Shown one piece after another: positions 37,255 to 48,965 of a stretch of DNA of 64,000 nucleotides (position 1 is its first letter; each line of letters opens with the position of its first letter). The translations under genes and the position numbers were made by a program. Source of the stretch: Felis catus (Eukaryota). The DNA is taken from positions 126,048,001 through 126,112,000 of the forward strand of contig NC_058368.1 in NCBI RefSeq assembly GCF_018350175.1, in the 5' to 3' direction. The notes under the pieces are model-generated. The model made no database searches. It was not told the origin of the DNA and worked only from the letters and a program-made list of their open reading frames with translations.

Positions 37255-38726
37255 AAATAAACCTTCTCAGCCTCAAGGGAAGCTGCTGACCAAAGCAGGC
37301 AGAGACAACTACCTGACGTTGACAATGACTCTGATCTGCTTAAGCTCCAAGCACAAACTTTTTTTTACTGCAGATCTCATATCATCATGAGCTGCTTTTA
37401 ATCTCTCACCAATTTTCAGTGAGTAATTATTTGATATTTTACCCTTCTTTATTTTACCCTTCTTTACCACCATGTATGTTTTTTCTCAGTCTTTTGTGGA
37501 TTTTTGTGTTTTTTTGGCAAGGTCACTTGTGAGCTTGTTCCAGGGAGTGGAAATCTTAAACATCATTTCAAGTGTAAATATGACAGATTGAATTAGGAGA
37601 AATATAAAGAGTTGCATGGCTCCCTGCTAACAAAGAATGTTTAAAATATCTTGTAAAGAAAGATACCTATAGGAATGGTCATAAAGCATTTGGGTGCAAA
37701 TATTTCAACACCATTACTTCAAATAATGGCTGCTTTTGAAAAATTTAAAGGAATTTTGAATAGCGTGTGTTTCTCAGACATGAATGCTAAATTGAAATCC
37801 AAGGAACTAAGCTGAAGTTACATTTGCAGTGTAGTAAATATGAACTATCTCTGTGCAGCTGCTTTGAAATCAATGTCTAGATCATGTATGAGCTCTGTTT
37901 TATTTTTGTATAGCTTTAGATTTGTGGGTTATTTGTACAATCCTTTTGATATTTATGCAACACTACATTGTTTTGCAGTTCAAGAAATACTCCCCTAAAA
38001 GTGGGAGTTTTTTACAGGATAAAATATTGTATTCTACCGTGAATGTTGAGGGTGGAGTTAGTTTAGTCAGGACTATCATCCTTACACAGTGTAATTCTGT
38101 TTCACATTCCAAAGACAATAGGAATAGCAGTTTTAAATGTGTAAACAGCAACGCATCTCTCGTTTTCAGCTCTTAAAGTAGCCTGGTGGACAAATAGGTA
38201 CCAGAGGTCCCAAGCCAAATTCGGCAGATAATCAACACAGTTTTGGGTTTTTTTTTGGCAATTAACTTCTCATTAGGATATGGACTAGATGTTATCAGTG
38301 TTATCTTTAGCTACATGCATCAAAGTACCATTATCTTGTATCTAATACATAGATGTGGCTTATTTCATATATATCTCATCATTTATTCAAGACAAGGATT
38401 AGTATATTCTTTGTTGATTGATGCTACAGCAGAGAACAGACAAAGAAGTCATGAAGTCTTGCTCCTCAAGGGACCATCTAGGACTTGAAGGAGACAGGAG
38501 TCCCCTTTTGTAAAGGGGAATCTCTCCTCTGTTTCCCTCCTCAGGACACAAATGTTATAGTAACACAATCCCAGAGAGTAAACGTTTAAAAGAAATTCTT
38601 ATTTATATCACCAGAAATATAGAAAAATCATATTAGCCTACTTTCTGAAATCACAAGTGTTGGTGATCTTAAATCATTCAAATACAAATATTTGATATTG
38701 AATGGTCTTATTAAAATTATTATATT

Positions 38727-38993
38727 GGGGGAAGGGAAGGGGAAAACTGGTTTCAAACAGGGAAGCAAATCGTAAGAGACTCTTGAATACAGAGAACAAA
38801 CTGAAGGTTGATGGGGGGGCGGGGAGGAATGGATGATGGGCATTGAGGAGGGCATTTGTTGGGATGAGCACTGGGTGTTGTATGTAAGCAATGAATCATG
38901 GGCATCTACCTCCAAAATCAAGAGCACACTGTATACACTGTGTTAGCTAACTTGACAATAAATTATATATACAAAAAATAAAAATAAAAAAAA
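38727..38993 (+). mobile_element. 5'-truncated carnivore L1 3' end
   Basis: AAGAGACTCTTGAATACAGAGAACAAACTGA...GGGATGAGCACTGGGTGTTGTATG...TTGACAATAAA plus an A tail. Confidence 0.9.
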
Positions 38994-39994
38994 TTAGAAT
39001 CATTAGACATTGTGAAAAAAAGAATTCAGAGGATTTGAGTGACATTTTAAACTAATATACACATGGGCACACAATAATTCTTTTTATTAAAAAAAATTCA
39101 GTTACTATATACACACTGATGTTTATATTCCCCCATGCCTCTTGGTTGAGGGCTAAGGAAGAATTGTGAGCCTGGCCCTTCATGAGCCCCTCCAGGGGCA
39201 TCTTGTATGTGCTAAATAGATACAATCCCCCAGGAGAGTGACACACCATGGAAAAGCAGAATTCTCTCCAAAGCCCCTAGCACAGGTGCCTTTACGAACT
39301 GCAGCTTAGAGGTGACCTCTGATCAGACAGATACTGACAGCCTGGCTGACAACCCAAAAGACTCGCTCCCAGCTTAAACCCTTCTCAGGAATTCTGGAGG
39401 TCAAATCTCCACTCCTGGATGTAACCCAACTCCACATCGTTCCTAACATAAGCACAGATTTAAACAAAAAATCATCCAGGCCGTTAGACTTTCTACCTCC
39501 ATTCCAGTAAAAAGTCCCACTTAATTTTTATAAAGGCACACATTATTCATAAAGCTTTTTTGTCTAAATTCTTTCAGGTACCTCAAGCAAAGGTGACTGA
39601 TGTGGGCAAACTCCTTTTGGTGAAGTGCTATACAAAGTTGTTTTTTTTTTTTTTTAACTGACTCAACTCCTTTAAAAACAAAACAAAATATAAACTGATG
39701 CTTTCACAAGGACACAAACACATGAGATCATGCTTCTAGTCCTCATTATGCTGGATGTGTGGAAGGGAGAGAAAGGAAGAGAAATGAGAGATAACACCAA
39801 GGAACAATAAACAGGAGCAAAGATTTTGATCAGGGTACAGAAGTGAGGTCACATCCTGTCCTGCATCTAGGCTTCAAAGCTTTTATTAGGTTATCTAATG
39901 ATCAGTTAGCCCATCCCTAAATTTTAAGATAATCTGTATTATATGATGAGAAAAATTTATCCTAGTGAAAATTATTCTTGGAATATAAGAGCTT

Positions 39995-40128
39995 AGAGGG
40001 GGCCCCATGTTTAGAAGGACGGGCGCTTTGTTTAATTCTCTATTGTCTCAATATTTCCATTCTTAATAATTTGTAAACAAGGTTCCCTGTATTTTCATCT
40101 TGTGTTGGACCCCACAAATTATGTAAGT
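39995..40128. mobile_element. MER91A-like hAT-Tip100 MITE, partial
   Basis: GGGCCCCATGTTTAGAAGG...ATTCTTAATAATTTGTAAACAAGG...GGACCCCACAAATTATGTA. Confidence 0.65.
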
Positions 40129-40717
40129 GTGTGTATGTGTGTGTGTGTATGCGTGTGCAGCCCTTGAAAAGAAATAGTGTTGGAATATTTTCCAGAAGGA
40201 AGTGTTCTTATATTTAGAAACGTAACATTCCCAATTTACTTGCTTATACATTTGATATATTTTATACTATTCTTCTTTTAAAAATTTTCACTATTGAAGT
40301 ATAGGTGACATAGAATGCAATATTAGTTCTAGGTGCAAACATAATGATTTGACAATTCTATACATTATGAAATATCACCACGATAAGTTTAGTTATCATA
40401 CAAAGTTATTACAATATTATTGACTGTATTTCCTGTGTAATACTTCTCATCTCTGTGACTTATTTATTTTATAACTGGAAGTGAGTACCTATTAATTCCC
40501 TTCATGAATTTTGCCCATGCCCTGACTCCCCTTCCCCTTTGGCAACTACCAGTTTGTCCTCTGTATTTTTCTGTTTCTCTTTTTTTGTTTATTTCCTTTT
40601 TTTAAAATTCCACATGTAAGTGAAATTCTATGGTATTTTGTGTTTTTCTGCTTTTTTTCACTTAGCATAATGCTCTCCAGTTCCATTTGTATTGTCGCGA
40701 ATGAAAAGAGCTCATTA

Positions 40718-40907
40718 TTTTTTTTTAATGTTTATTTATTTATTTCAAGAGAGAGAATGCAAGCTGTGCAGGGGCAGACAGAGAGAATCCCAAGCAGCCT
40801 GTGCACTGTCAGCACAGAGCCTGATGTGGGCATAGATCCCAGGAATGGTGAAATCATGAACTGAGCCAAAATCAAGAGTCCAACACGACTGAGCCACCCG
40901 GGTGCCC
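40718..40907 (-). mobile_element. Can-SINE nested in L1
   Basis: Reverse SINE body; flanks GA[G/C]CTCATT. Confidence 0.9.
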
Positions 40908-40973
40908 TAAGACCTCATTCTTTTTTATGGCTGGCCAGTATTCTGTTGTATATACATAGCACATACTCCTTTT

Positions 40974-41187
40974 TAAAAAATGTTTATGTATTTATTTTGA
41001 GAGATAGAGAGTGCAAGTGCATGTGCACGTGCATGCTTGGGGAGAAAGAGGAGAAGGAATCCCAAGCAGGCTTCATGCTGTCAGTGCAGAGCCCAACATG
41101 AGGCTCGATCCCATGAACTGTGACATAATAACCTGAGCCAAAATCAAGAGTCAGAAACTTAATTGACTGAGCCACTGAGGTGCCCCT
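40974..41187 (-). mobile_element. Can-SINE nested in L1
   Basis: Reverse SINE body; flanks ATAGCACATACTC / ATACCATATACTC. Confidence 0.9.
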
Positions 41188-43189
41188 ATACCATATACTC
41201 TTCATCCAACTGTCTATCAGATGACACTTAGGTTGCTTCCATATTTTAGCTATTGTGAATAATGTTGCAATATAGAGGTGCACATATCTTTATGAACTAG
41301 TGGGTTTTTGTTTTGTTGTTTTGTTTTTTATCAGAACTCAGCTTCGAGAGACATTGGAAATTAAATGGCAATGGCTTTACTGGGGTCACTTGTAGTAGAT
41401 CACTCTTCAGTGTTCCTCAGAACCCAGTCATTCCCACTAAGAATCAAAACCAGACAAATGAACTTCCACCGCTGCACAGATTTAACTTCTAGTCTGCTGC
41501 ATTCCTTCCAATTTCTCCGCTTGAAGTCAGTGGTCCCACTTAGCTCTTCAACTTGGTTTCCTCATGCTCCCTCAGGCTGCTGAAGAGCTGGGTGGAAAGC
41601 CTTGATCAGGGGCTATCTCTTCTGTGCCAGCAAAAAGCTGCAAAGGCAAAATGCTGCACGTTGCTTCAGATTGCATGCAAATCTGGGTTTCATAAATTGA
41701 ATTCAAATAATTCAGGGGAAAAAAAAAGTTTGAGAGGTGGTGCAGTGGTGACACAATATCCCCACAAGGACTACAAAGGAATACCCAAACAAGTTTTTTA
41801 TTCTCATCGCTGCAACTACACAGTAATATTCATCTGGCTTTTACGAGTGTACCGAATGATAGGAGGAGCTTAAGTAAGATGGTACTAACACCTCTGCTGT
41901 ATGCATTAAGCTTCAACACTTTTTGCCTGGCGTTTATTTACTAAATCAGAGATGCTCTAAAGAAAAAGGAACATCAGATGTTTGTTTGCCTGTCTTCTTG
42001 TCTTAAGCAGTGCTCTCTCTTAAAATAATTCTGCAACCTTTCTCATTTATCTATGTCAGTATTTATCACAGGGTTTATTGTCATTTTTCATTAAAAAATA
42101 TCAGGTACTTTTTCAAATATAAACACATAAAATAGTAAACACTGCATTTGCTTTCTACTCCAACCAATAAAGGACCAGAATCTTAATGTCTGGCTTTCCT
42201 GTTACTGAGAGTTCATCGAAAGATGATAGCATCAGGTAATTGTCCTTGAGCAGAAATTTAATTAATACAGTGTTTACAATTGAGGCCACTAGCAAAATAA
42301 CTTTGGGGAAAAGGATGAAGTTGGGGGGGAGTGCTGGGTTTCTTCTTTATGGATCCAATAATTCCTGCCTTTCATTCTCTAAAACAGGAGCACCTGTACT
42401 GGTTCTACCATCTGTGAGGATCTCTCTAATTTAAGAATTTTAAGGTTATTGATGTCCCCACTGGTGGATGACACTGTTTCTGTTAAACTAATGGGCCTTG
42501 TCCACATGTGGACTCCTTTTAAAACTATTTCTTAATCTCTACATCTATTTCATGAAACATAGATCTAAAGAGGACTTTGTTTTGTTTTGTTTTTTTGTTT
42601 TTTTGTTCAGTCAGACCACCAGGTTTCATGTCTTACTGAATTGAATGTATTGTTTGTGACAGCAGATGTTTAGCTAATTAATCTGAATTGACATGGTCCT
42701 AGCCTCTTCATCTGCACCATGAAAAGGCTGGCCTGGAAGCTGTCTAAATCTATGAAATCAAAAAAAGGATCAAAGGAGAGACACAATTTCCTCTGAACCT
42801 GAAATGGAAATAAGTGTGTTTCCGGTATCTATTAATCTGCCTAGAACCAAGTAAATCATTCCAGAAGAAGCTTTCAACACTCTATCAAAGTGACGGGGGT
42901 GGTGAGGTGGCAAAGTAGAAACACATTTACAACTTTATTTCTACAGACTAGATAAAAAACCTTCATCACTCACCATGATGAAGCCAACCAAGACAAGATG
43001 TAAAATGTTCACCTATCAGTCCATGAGTAGGACTTGAATCCCACCAGAGGAATAGAAGAAAATAAACAAAACGGGGAGGATGGCATCCCAATGTTGCTTA
43101 GCTCATTAACTCCCAGATGTGTTTCCTAATTGTTTGCTTATCTGTATAGTTTAAATACACATTTTGCATGAATACACTACATAGTCATC

Positions 43190-43410
43190 ATATATGGGTC
43201 AAGAAATATGCTGGGTGCTTTATATACAGGATCTTTAATTTGCCCAACAATATTGTGATGCAGTTTTATTAGTATTGTTTTAAGGATGAGAAAACTGAGG
43301 GTTAGGAGAGTTGAAAAATAATTTCCCAACTATCTAGAGAGATAGTAAGTAGAGTTGAAGATTGAAATCCTCATCTGTCTAACACAAAGCCCATGTTCTA
43401 AATCATTTGC
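43190..43410 (-). mobile_element. MIR fragment
   Basis: TTTTAAGGATGAGAAAACTGAGGGTTAG. Confidence 0.6.
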
Positions 43411-43613
43411 AATGTGGAAAGGAACATTCTTAAAGCTCTATATGTGGTAATATAATCTTGGATAAGATGAGCACACAAAGCAGGTTTTTAGACTGTGTTC
43501 TGCATTTGCTGACACATTATGGTCATGATTTTCTCCATTTGACATAGAAGAAAGCATTGGACTCATTATGCTTAGGACTCAGGTAATTGTGTATTTTGAT
43601 TTAAAATGTACAA

Positions 43614-43657
43614 GAAACCAATTTGACAATAAATTATATTAAAATAAATAAACATTA
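43614..43657 (+). mobile_element. Ultra-short L1 3'-terminal insertion (about 27 bp plus tail)
   Basis: GAAACCAATTTGACAATAAATT is identical to the L1 terminus at about 46473-46494 (minus strand). TSD AAAATGTA[C/T]AA. Confidence 0.75.
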
Positions 43658-44845
43658 AAAATGTATAATAAACAACTCATGGTAGATATTGAACCTATTT
43701 AGAGAAATATTTTCTTATTTCTGTTAGTACTCAATCTCTGTGAATGTGGATTTAAGCCACTGAGGCTTTGACTGCATTTTAATAGGTAGGGTATAAGGAA
43801 AAGAAAAAAAAAATCCCTATTTTTGATGTAGCAGCTTGGACAAATGAAGCTAATTAGAAGCCCTAATGTAAGTGTTCTCCAACTTTTTGTGCCATGAATC
43901 CATGAATCTGTGGAAGCTATTGGACTTCTTGGAGTGATGTTTTTATATACATCAAGTAATATACATAGGATTACAAAGGAAGTCAATTATATAGAAGTTT
44001 AGTTATGGAGAATTTCTAAATATAATACAGTAATATGTGAACTTCTTTAATACACATTATGTAACAAGGTCTATTGGTAGGTCTAATAGCTACCACACAT
44101 TTGAAGCAAGGGTGAATGCCAAAGAATACTGAAAGATCTGTAACAATGTAATGTGATAGGAAAAAATAGGTGATTTCTGTTAGTGAGAAAGTTGCAGGTA
44201 CTGCCAATAAGTATGCGACGTTGTACCTACATTCATATCTTAAGGCAATGCTAATTTTTTCTTAGAGTTTAATAAAAATACAGATACACATTTTTCTTGT
44301 CCACAGTCACCCAAGAGTTTCAGGGATATGGGATAAGAACCTTTGGCCTGGTGAATGAGAGCTGGAGATGAGTAGTGGTGATGAGGAGGAGGCACCAACA
44401 GAAACAGAGGTCTGGGGCCACCGTGGCACATAATTTGCTTTTGCAACTGCTGTTTTGAAATGCAGTTCAACCCTGATGACTACTTCTGCAGAATAAAGGC
44501 AAGAAATATAGAAACAAATATAGTCATCTTTGCTAGCCACATCTTTTCCAAAGAAGAGTAACCAGGTTTTGTAAGTTAACTTATCTGAAGGGAAAAGAAT
44601 GGGAAATGTTGGAGAAAAGATGCTTGGTGCCATTTTAATCTTTTAATATTTTCCTCTGACACCAAAGTAAGTAGGCAATCCCCCTTAAAGTGCTTGGCAT
44701 ACCCAATCCCAAAACTGGATAGCGGCTGAAGAGATATATAGTAAGTTTTCTGTCCCACTGACCAACAAATAATAAAGGTAACATAGTACAATTCACTGAA
44801 TAAAATAAGAAATAAGTGAGTCAAAACTAAAATTGACGAAATGTG

Positions 44846-45065
44846 GGGGCACCTGGGTGGCTTGGTCAGTTAAGCATCCAGCTTTGGCTCAAGTTACAAA
44901 TCTTAGAGTTCGTGGATTCTAGTCCTGCATCAGGCTCTGTGATGATAGCTCAGAGCCTGGAGTCTGCTTTGGTTTCTGTGTCTTCTTCTCTCTCTGCCCC
45001 TCCCCTACTCACGCTGTCTCTCTCCCTGTCTCTCTGTCCCTCTCAAAAATAAACATTAGAAAAAC
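44846..45065 (+). mobile_element. Can-SINE
   Basis: Full body; TGA[C/T]GAAATGTG on both flanks. Confidence 0.92.
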
Positions 45066-45079
45066 TTTTTTTTGATGAT

Positions 45080-45810
45080 GAAATGTGTACATAAATGGAG
45101 AAGGAAAAATCTACATTACATACACTGCCAAATGATTACGTGGAATGATGCAGTTATATAACCACCACTTTGCAAATGAATATTCATCAGTGAATCAGGC
45201 ACAAACTATCAGTGGATAAATGATAAGTAAAACCTTGATAATCAGTAGTAAATTTACATGGAATCCAAGTTGTTGTCCCATAATTATTTATTAATTCCAA
45301 AGAGTAAAATTAGTAATTTTATACTGAAAAAAGTTGGACGTCGTACTTTTGCCAAAAAGTACCATGAGATCATGACCTGAGCTGAGACCAAGAGTTGAGC
45401 ACTTGGGGCGCCTTGAGTGGCTCAGTCGGTTAAGCGTCTCACTTCAGCTCAAGTCATGATCTCACCGTTGGTGAGTTAGAGCCCCGCGTCAGGCTCTGTG
45501 CCCCAGCTCAGAGCCTGGAGCCTGCTTCAGATTCTGTGTCTCCCTCTGTCTGCCCCTCTGTGGTTTACGTTGTCTCAAAAATAAATAAACATTAAAAAAA
45601 AAAAGTCAAGCACGTGACTGACTGAGCCTCCCAGGAGTTGGCGGGGGGGGAAGTTGAGGGGGAATTAATCTTATACACTTCCTAATGTAACATAAGTAGG
45701 ACTCACTATCCTTTAAAAATATTTTTTAAGATGTATAACCTGAATAATCATGAAAAAAAAAAACATTGGACAAACACAAATTGAGGGACATTCTGTACAA
45801 ACAATGAGTC
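45080..45810 (+). mobile_element. Ancient L1M (L1MC/MD-like) 3' fragment hosting SINEs
   Basis: TTATTAATTCCAAAGAGTAAAATTAGTAATTTTATACTG; AAACACAAATTGAGGGACATTCT. Confidence 0.5.
45405..45600 (+). mobile_element. Can-SINE inserted into the head of an older antisense SINE remnant (45361-45635)
   Basis: The host reads ACCATGAGATCATGACCTGAGCTGAGACCAAGAG...ACTGACTGAGCC across the insertion. Degenerate TSD at 45390-45404 and 45601-45615. Confidence 0.88.
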
Positions 45811-45814
45811 TGTA

Positions 45815-46296
45815 CAACACTCCCACTTTATCTGCAGGGGATATATTCCAAGACTCCCAGTGGATGCCTGAAAGCATAGATAGTACCTAACTCTATATAT
45901 ACTGTTTTTTACTATACATGCACACCTGTGATAAAATTTAAAGTGTATATGCAGCCACTGTAGGAGATTAACAACAACAATGATGATGATGATGATGTTA
46001 ATAAATAGAACAATTATAACAACATACTGTAATAAAAGTTACATGAATATGGTGTTTGTCACCCAAATAACTTGTTAGACTTTATTCACCCTCCTCATGA
46101 TGATGTAGGAAGACAAAATGCCTACCTGATGAGATGACATAAGATGAATGATGTAGGCACTGTGACGGAGCATTAGGCTACTACTGACCTTCTGGTGATC
46201 CATCACAAGGAGGATCATCTGCTTCCTGACTGAGGTTGACAAATTGAGTGTAACTTAAACTGTGGAAAGTGAACTATGGATAAGAGGGGCCTACCA
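45815..46296. mobile_element. MER44B-like (Tigger) MITE
   Basis: TTCCAAGACTCCCAGTGGATGCCTGAAA...TAGGCTACTACTGACCTTCTG...GGATAAGAGGGG; TA dinucleotide on both sides. Confidence 0.85.
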
Positions 46297-46459
46297 TATT
46301 TTCCTCCTTTCCTCCCTCACTTCCTCTCTTTCTTTTGTTCTTTTTCTCTTGCCTTTAGTGTATTGATTTTTCCCCCCTTTTCTCTCCTCTACCACTTTGG
46401 GAGACAGACATTCATTTTTAATTTCTTTAAGTATTGTTTTTTCTTAATGTTTGTTTATT

Positions 46460-47277
46460 CTTTTTTAATATGAAATTTATTGTCAAATTGGTTTCCATAC
46501 AACACCCAGTGCTCATCCCAACAAGTGTCCTCCTCAATGCCCATCACCCACTTTCCCTTCCCTCCCACCCTCCATCAACCCTCAGTTTATTTTCAGTTTT
46601 TAACAGTCTCTTATGGTTTGCCTCCTTCCCTCTCTGTAACTTTTTTTTTCCCTTTCCCCTCCCCCTTGGTCTTCTGTTAACTTTCTCAGGATCCACATAA
46701 GAGTGAAAACATATGGTATCTGTCTTTCTCTGACTGACTTATTTCACTTAGCATAACACTCTCCAGTTCCATCCACATTGCTACAAAAGGCCATATTTAA
46801 TCCTTTCTCACTGCCAAGTAGTATTCCATTGTATATATAAACCACAACGTCTTTATCCATTTATCACTTGATGGACATTTAGGCTCTTTCCATAATTTGG
46901 CTATTGTTGAAAGTGCTGCTATAAATGTTGGGGTACAAGTGCCCCTATGCATCAGCACTCCTGTGTCCCTTGGGTAAATTCCTAGCAGTGCTATTGCTGG
47001 GTCATCGGGTAGATCTATCTTTAACTTTTTGAGGAACCTCCACCCTGTTTTCCAGAGGGGCTGCACCAGTTTGCATTCCCACCAACAGTGCAAGAGGGTT
47101 CCCGTTTCGCCACATCCTCTCCAGTATCTATAGTCTCCTGATTTGTTCATTTTAGCCACTCTGACTGGCATGAGGTGGTATCTCAGTGTGGTTTTGATTT
47201 ATATTTCCCTGATGAGGAGTGATGTTGAGCATCTTTTCATGTGCCTGTTGGCCATCAGGATGTTTTCTTTAGAGAAG
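46460..47277 (-). mobile_element. Young felid L1, 5'-truncated (about 0.8 kb: ORF2 C-terminus plus 3' UTR)
   Basis: ORF 46797-47171 encodes [25 protein letters not shown]...; the L1 terminus and poly(T) lie at left. Confidence 0.95.
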
Positions 47278-47816
47278 GAAAGCTTTAAATGTAACCACTC
47301 ATCTTCTGAATTACACAAAATTGTCATCCACTATTTCCATACCACTTTCTTGTTATTCCTTCCACATTAGTTGTTACTATTTTTGTAGTTTTAAAATTAA
47401 TGATTATTTTGATTTGTTCATACCTGTTACCATTTTTTTTTAATTACCATTATTACTTGCATTTTGTCCTTTGCTTTTGGGTTCAACTTATTTCTTTCAA
47501 AAGTGTATCCATTAGTAACTCTAATAGAATTTTAGAGGGTCTGTGAATGGTAAATGCCAGCAGTATTTGCCAAAAATGTGTTGGCTTCACCCTCAATGTT
47601 GAAAGGTATTATAGCTGCATAGAGAATTCTAGATGGTAATTTTCTTTATAGAAAATTAAAGAAAGTATTCCCTTTTCTCTGGCTATTGTTATACCAATAA
47701 AGAATGAATAAGGTAGTATAAAACAAAAAAAAATCCTTTTGGTATGCCAAAGAGATCTTGGAAATTTAAACATGTAATGAAGGTTTGGACCATCTGCCTC
47801 AGTAAACTTTTCCTGA

Positions 47817-48222
47817 TGTAATCGTTTTCTATCAGTGCTGTAACGAATTACCACAACTTGGTGGCTTAGAAAAACCCAAATCTATTATTTTATACTTCTG
47901 AAGGTCCAGAATAGGGTCTCACTAGGCTAACATCAAGATATTGTCAGCCTCCTGAAGACTGACAGAATCATTTTGCTTGCTTTTTCTAGCTTCTAGAAGC
48001 CATTCACATTACTTGAGTCGTGACTCCCTTCCTCCATCTTCAAAGTTAGCCATGGTAAGTTGAATCCTTCCCATATCACCTAAAGTGTGACTTCCTTTCA
48101 GCCTCTCTCCTCCATATTTAAGGACCTTTGTCGTTACATTGGACCACCCACATAATCCTCCCTATTCTAATAAGCTCCTTATTTTAAAGTCAATGGATTA
48201 GTAAACAATTCCATCTGTAACT
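47817..48222 (-). mobile_element. MLT1 (C/D-like) LTR
   Basis: GCTGTAACGAATTACCACAACTTGGTGGCTTA...CCTTCCTCCATCTTCAAAG...TTTAAGGACCTTTGTCGTTACATTGG. Confidence 0.8.
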
Positions 48223-48739
48223 TGATTTTAAAGCTTTTTGATCTTAAAGTTTCCATATCTGAGGGTGTTGCCTCTTGAAATATAATAGAATCACTTAGGA
48301 GAGGTCACTAGGAAATTAAGCATGGATGCCTCTTCAACAGCACAGATTCTTGGGAGCTCCTTGGTTTGCTTTAATCACACAATTAAGTAATATATTGAAA
48401 TCGAAGCCTTGAATGGAATGTTACAACCTGGCATTCTTACCGCTCAGATGGCTTTACTAGTTGTAGTTGTTTTCCTCAATTTGGAATGTCAGCTCTTTTC
48501 ACCTCCCCTGTCTGAATTCTACATATCCTTAAAGATGGAACTTTGGTCTGTCTCTACCATAAAACCTTTTTGATTATTTCAGCTGCCAGGGGTTCTCTGT
48601 TTTCCAGACTCCCATCAGACCTACCATATTTTGTGATTTGTGTTTTAATTAGATACTCTTTTTTTTTTTTTTTTTTTTTTTTTTACTATTGTTTTGTCAC
48701 TGTTGCCATCTTTGCTCCCATTTTTACTGAGTCCTCATT

Positions 48740-48965
48740 ACAGAGTCAGGCTCAGTACCAAATGCCTTATGAGCATTATCCCACTTAATTCTCATAACTA
48801 CTTCTTAGGGTGTTTCTCATTATCCTTACTTTGCAGCAGAGAAAATGGAGACTCAGGCGATTATACTTGGGACCCAGGTTTAGGCACCCCAAAAGTGGGA
48901 GAACAGGAAGTTGAGCCCAAATCTGTATGACACGAGTTTGGTGCTTCTGACCACTTTGCTATACT
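48740..48965 (-). mobile_element. MIR fragment, with L2 remnants on both sides
   Basis: TTAATTCTCATAAC...TTTGCAGCAGAGAAAATGGAGACTCAG. Confidence 0.55.

Larger units (their letters stand above)
40283..41300 (-). mobile_element. Old L1 (L1MA/L1_Carn-like) 3' fragment carrying two SINE insertions
   Basis: TATTGAAGTATAGGTGACA...ATTCCACATGTAAGTGA...ACTTAGGTTGCTTCCATATTTTAGCTATTGTGAATAATG; peptide ATLFTIAKIWKQPKC. Confidence 0.85.

Noticed and set aside
37435..37464. 15-bp tandem duplication, and similar ones near 7693, 17902 and 34108
   Set aside because: Ordinary slippage duplications, common in mammalian non-coding DNA.
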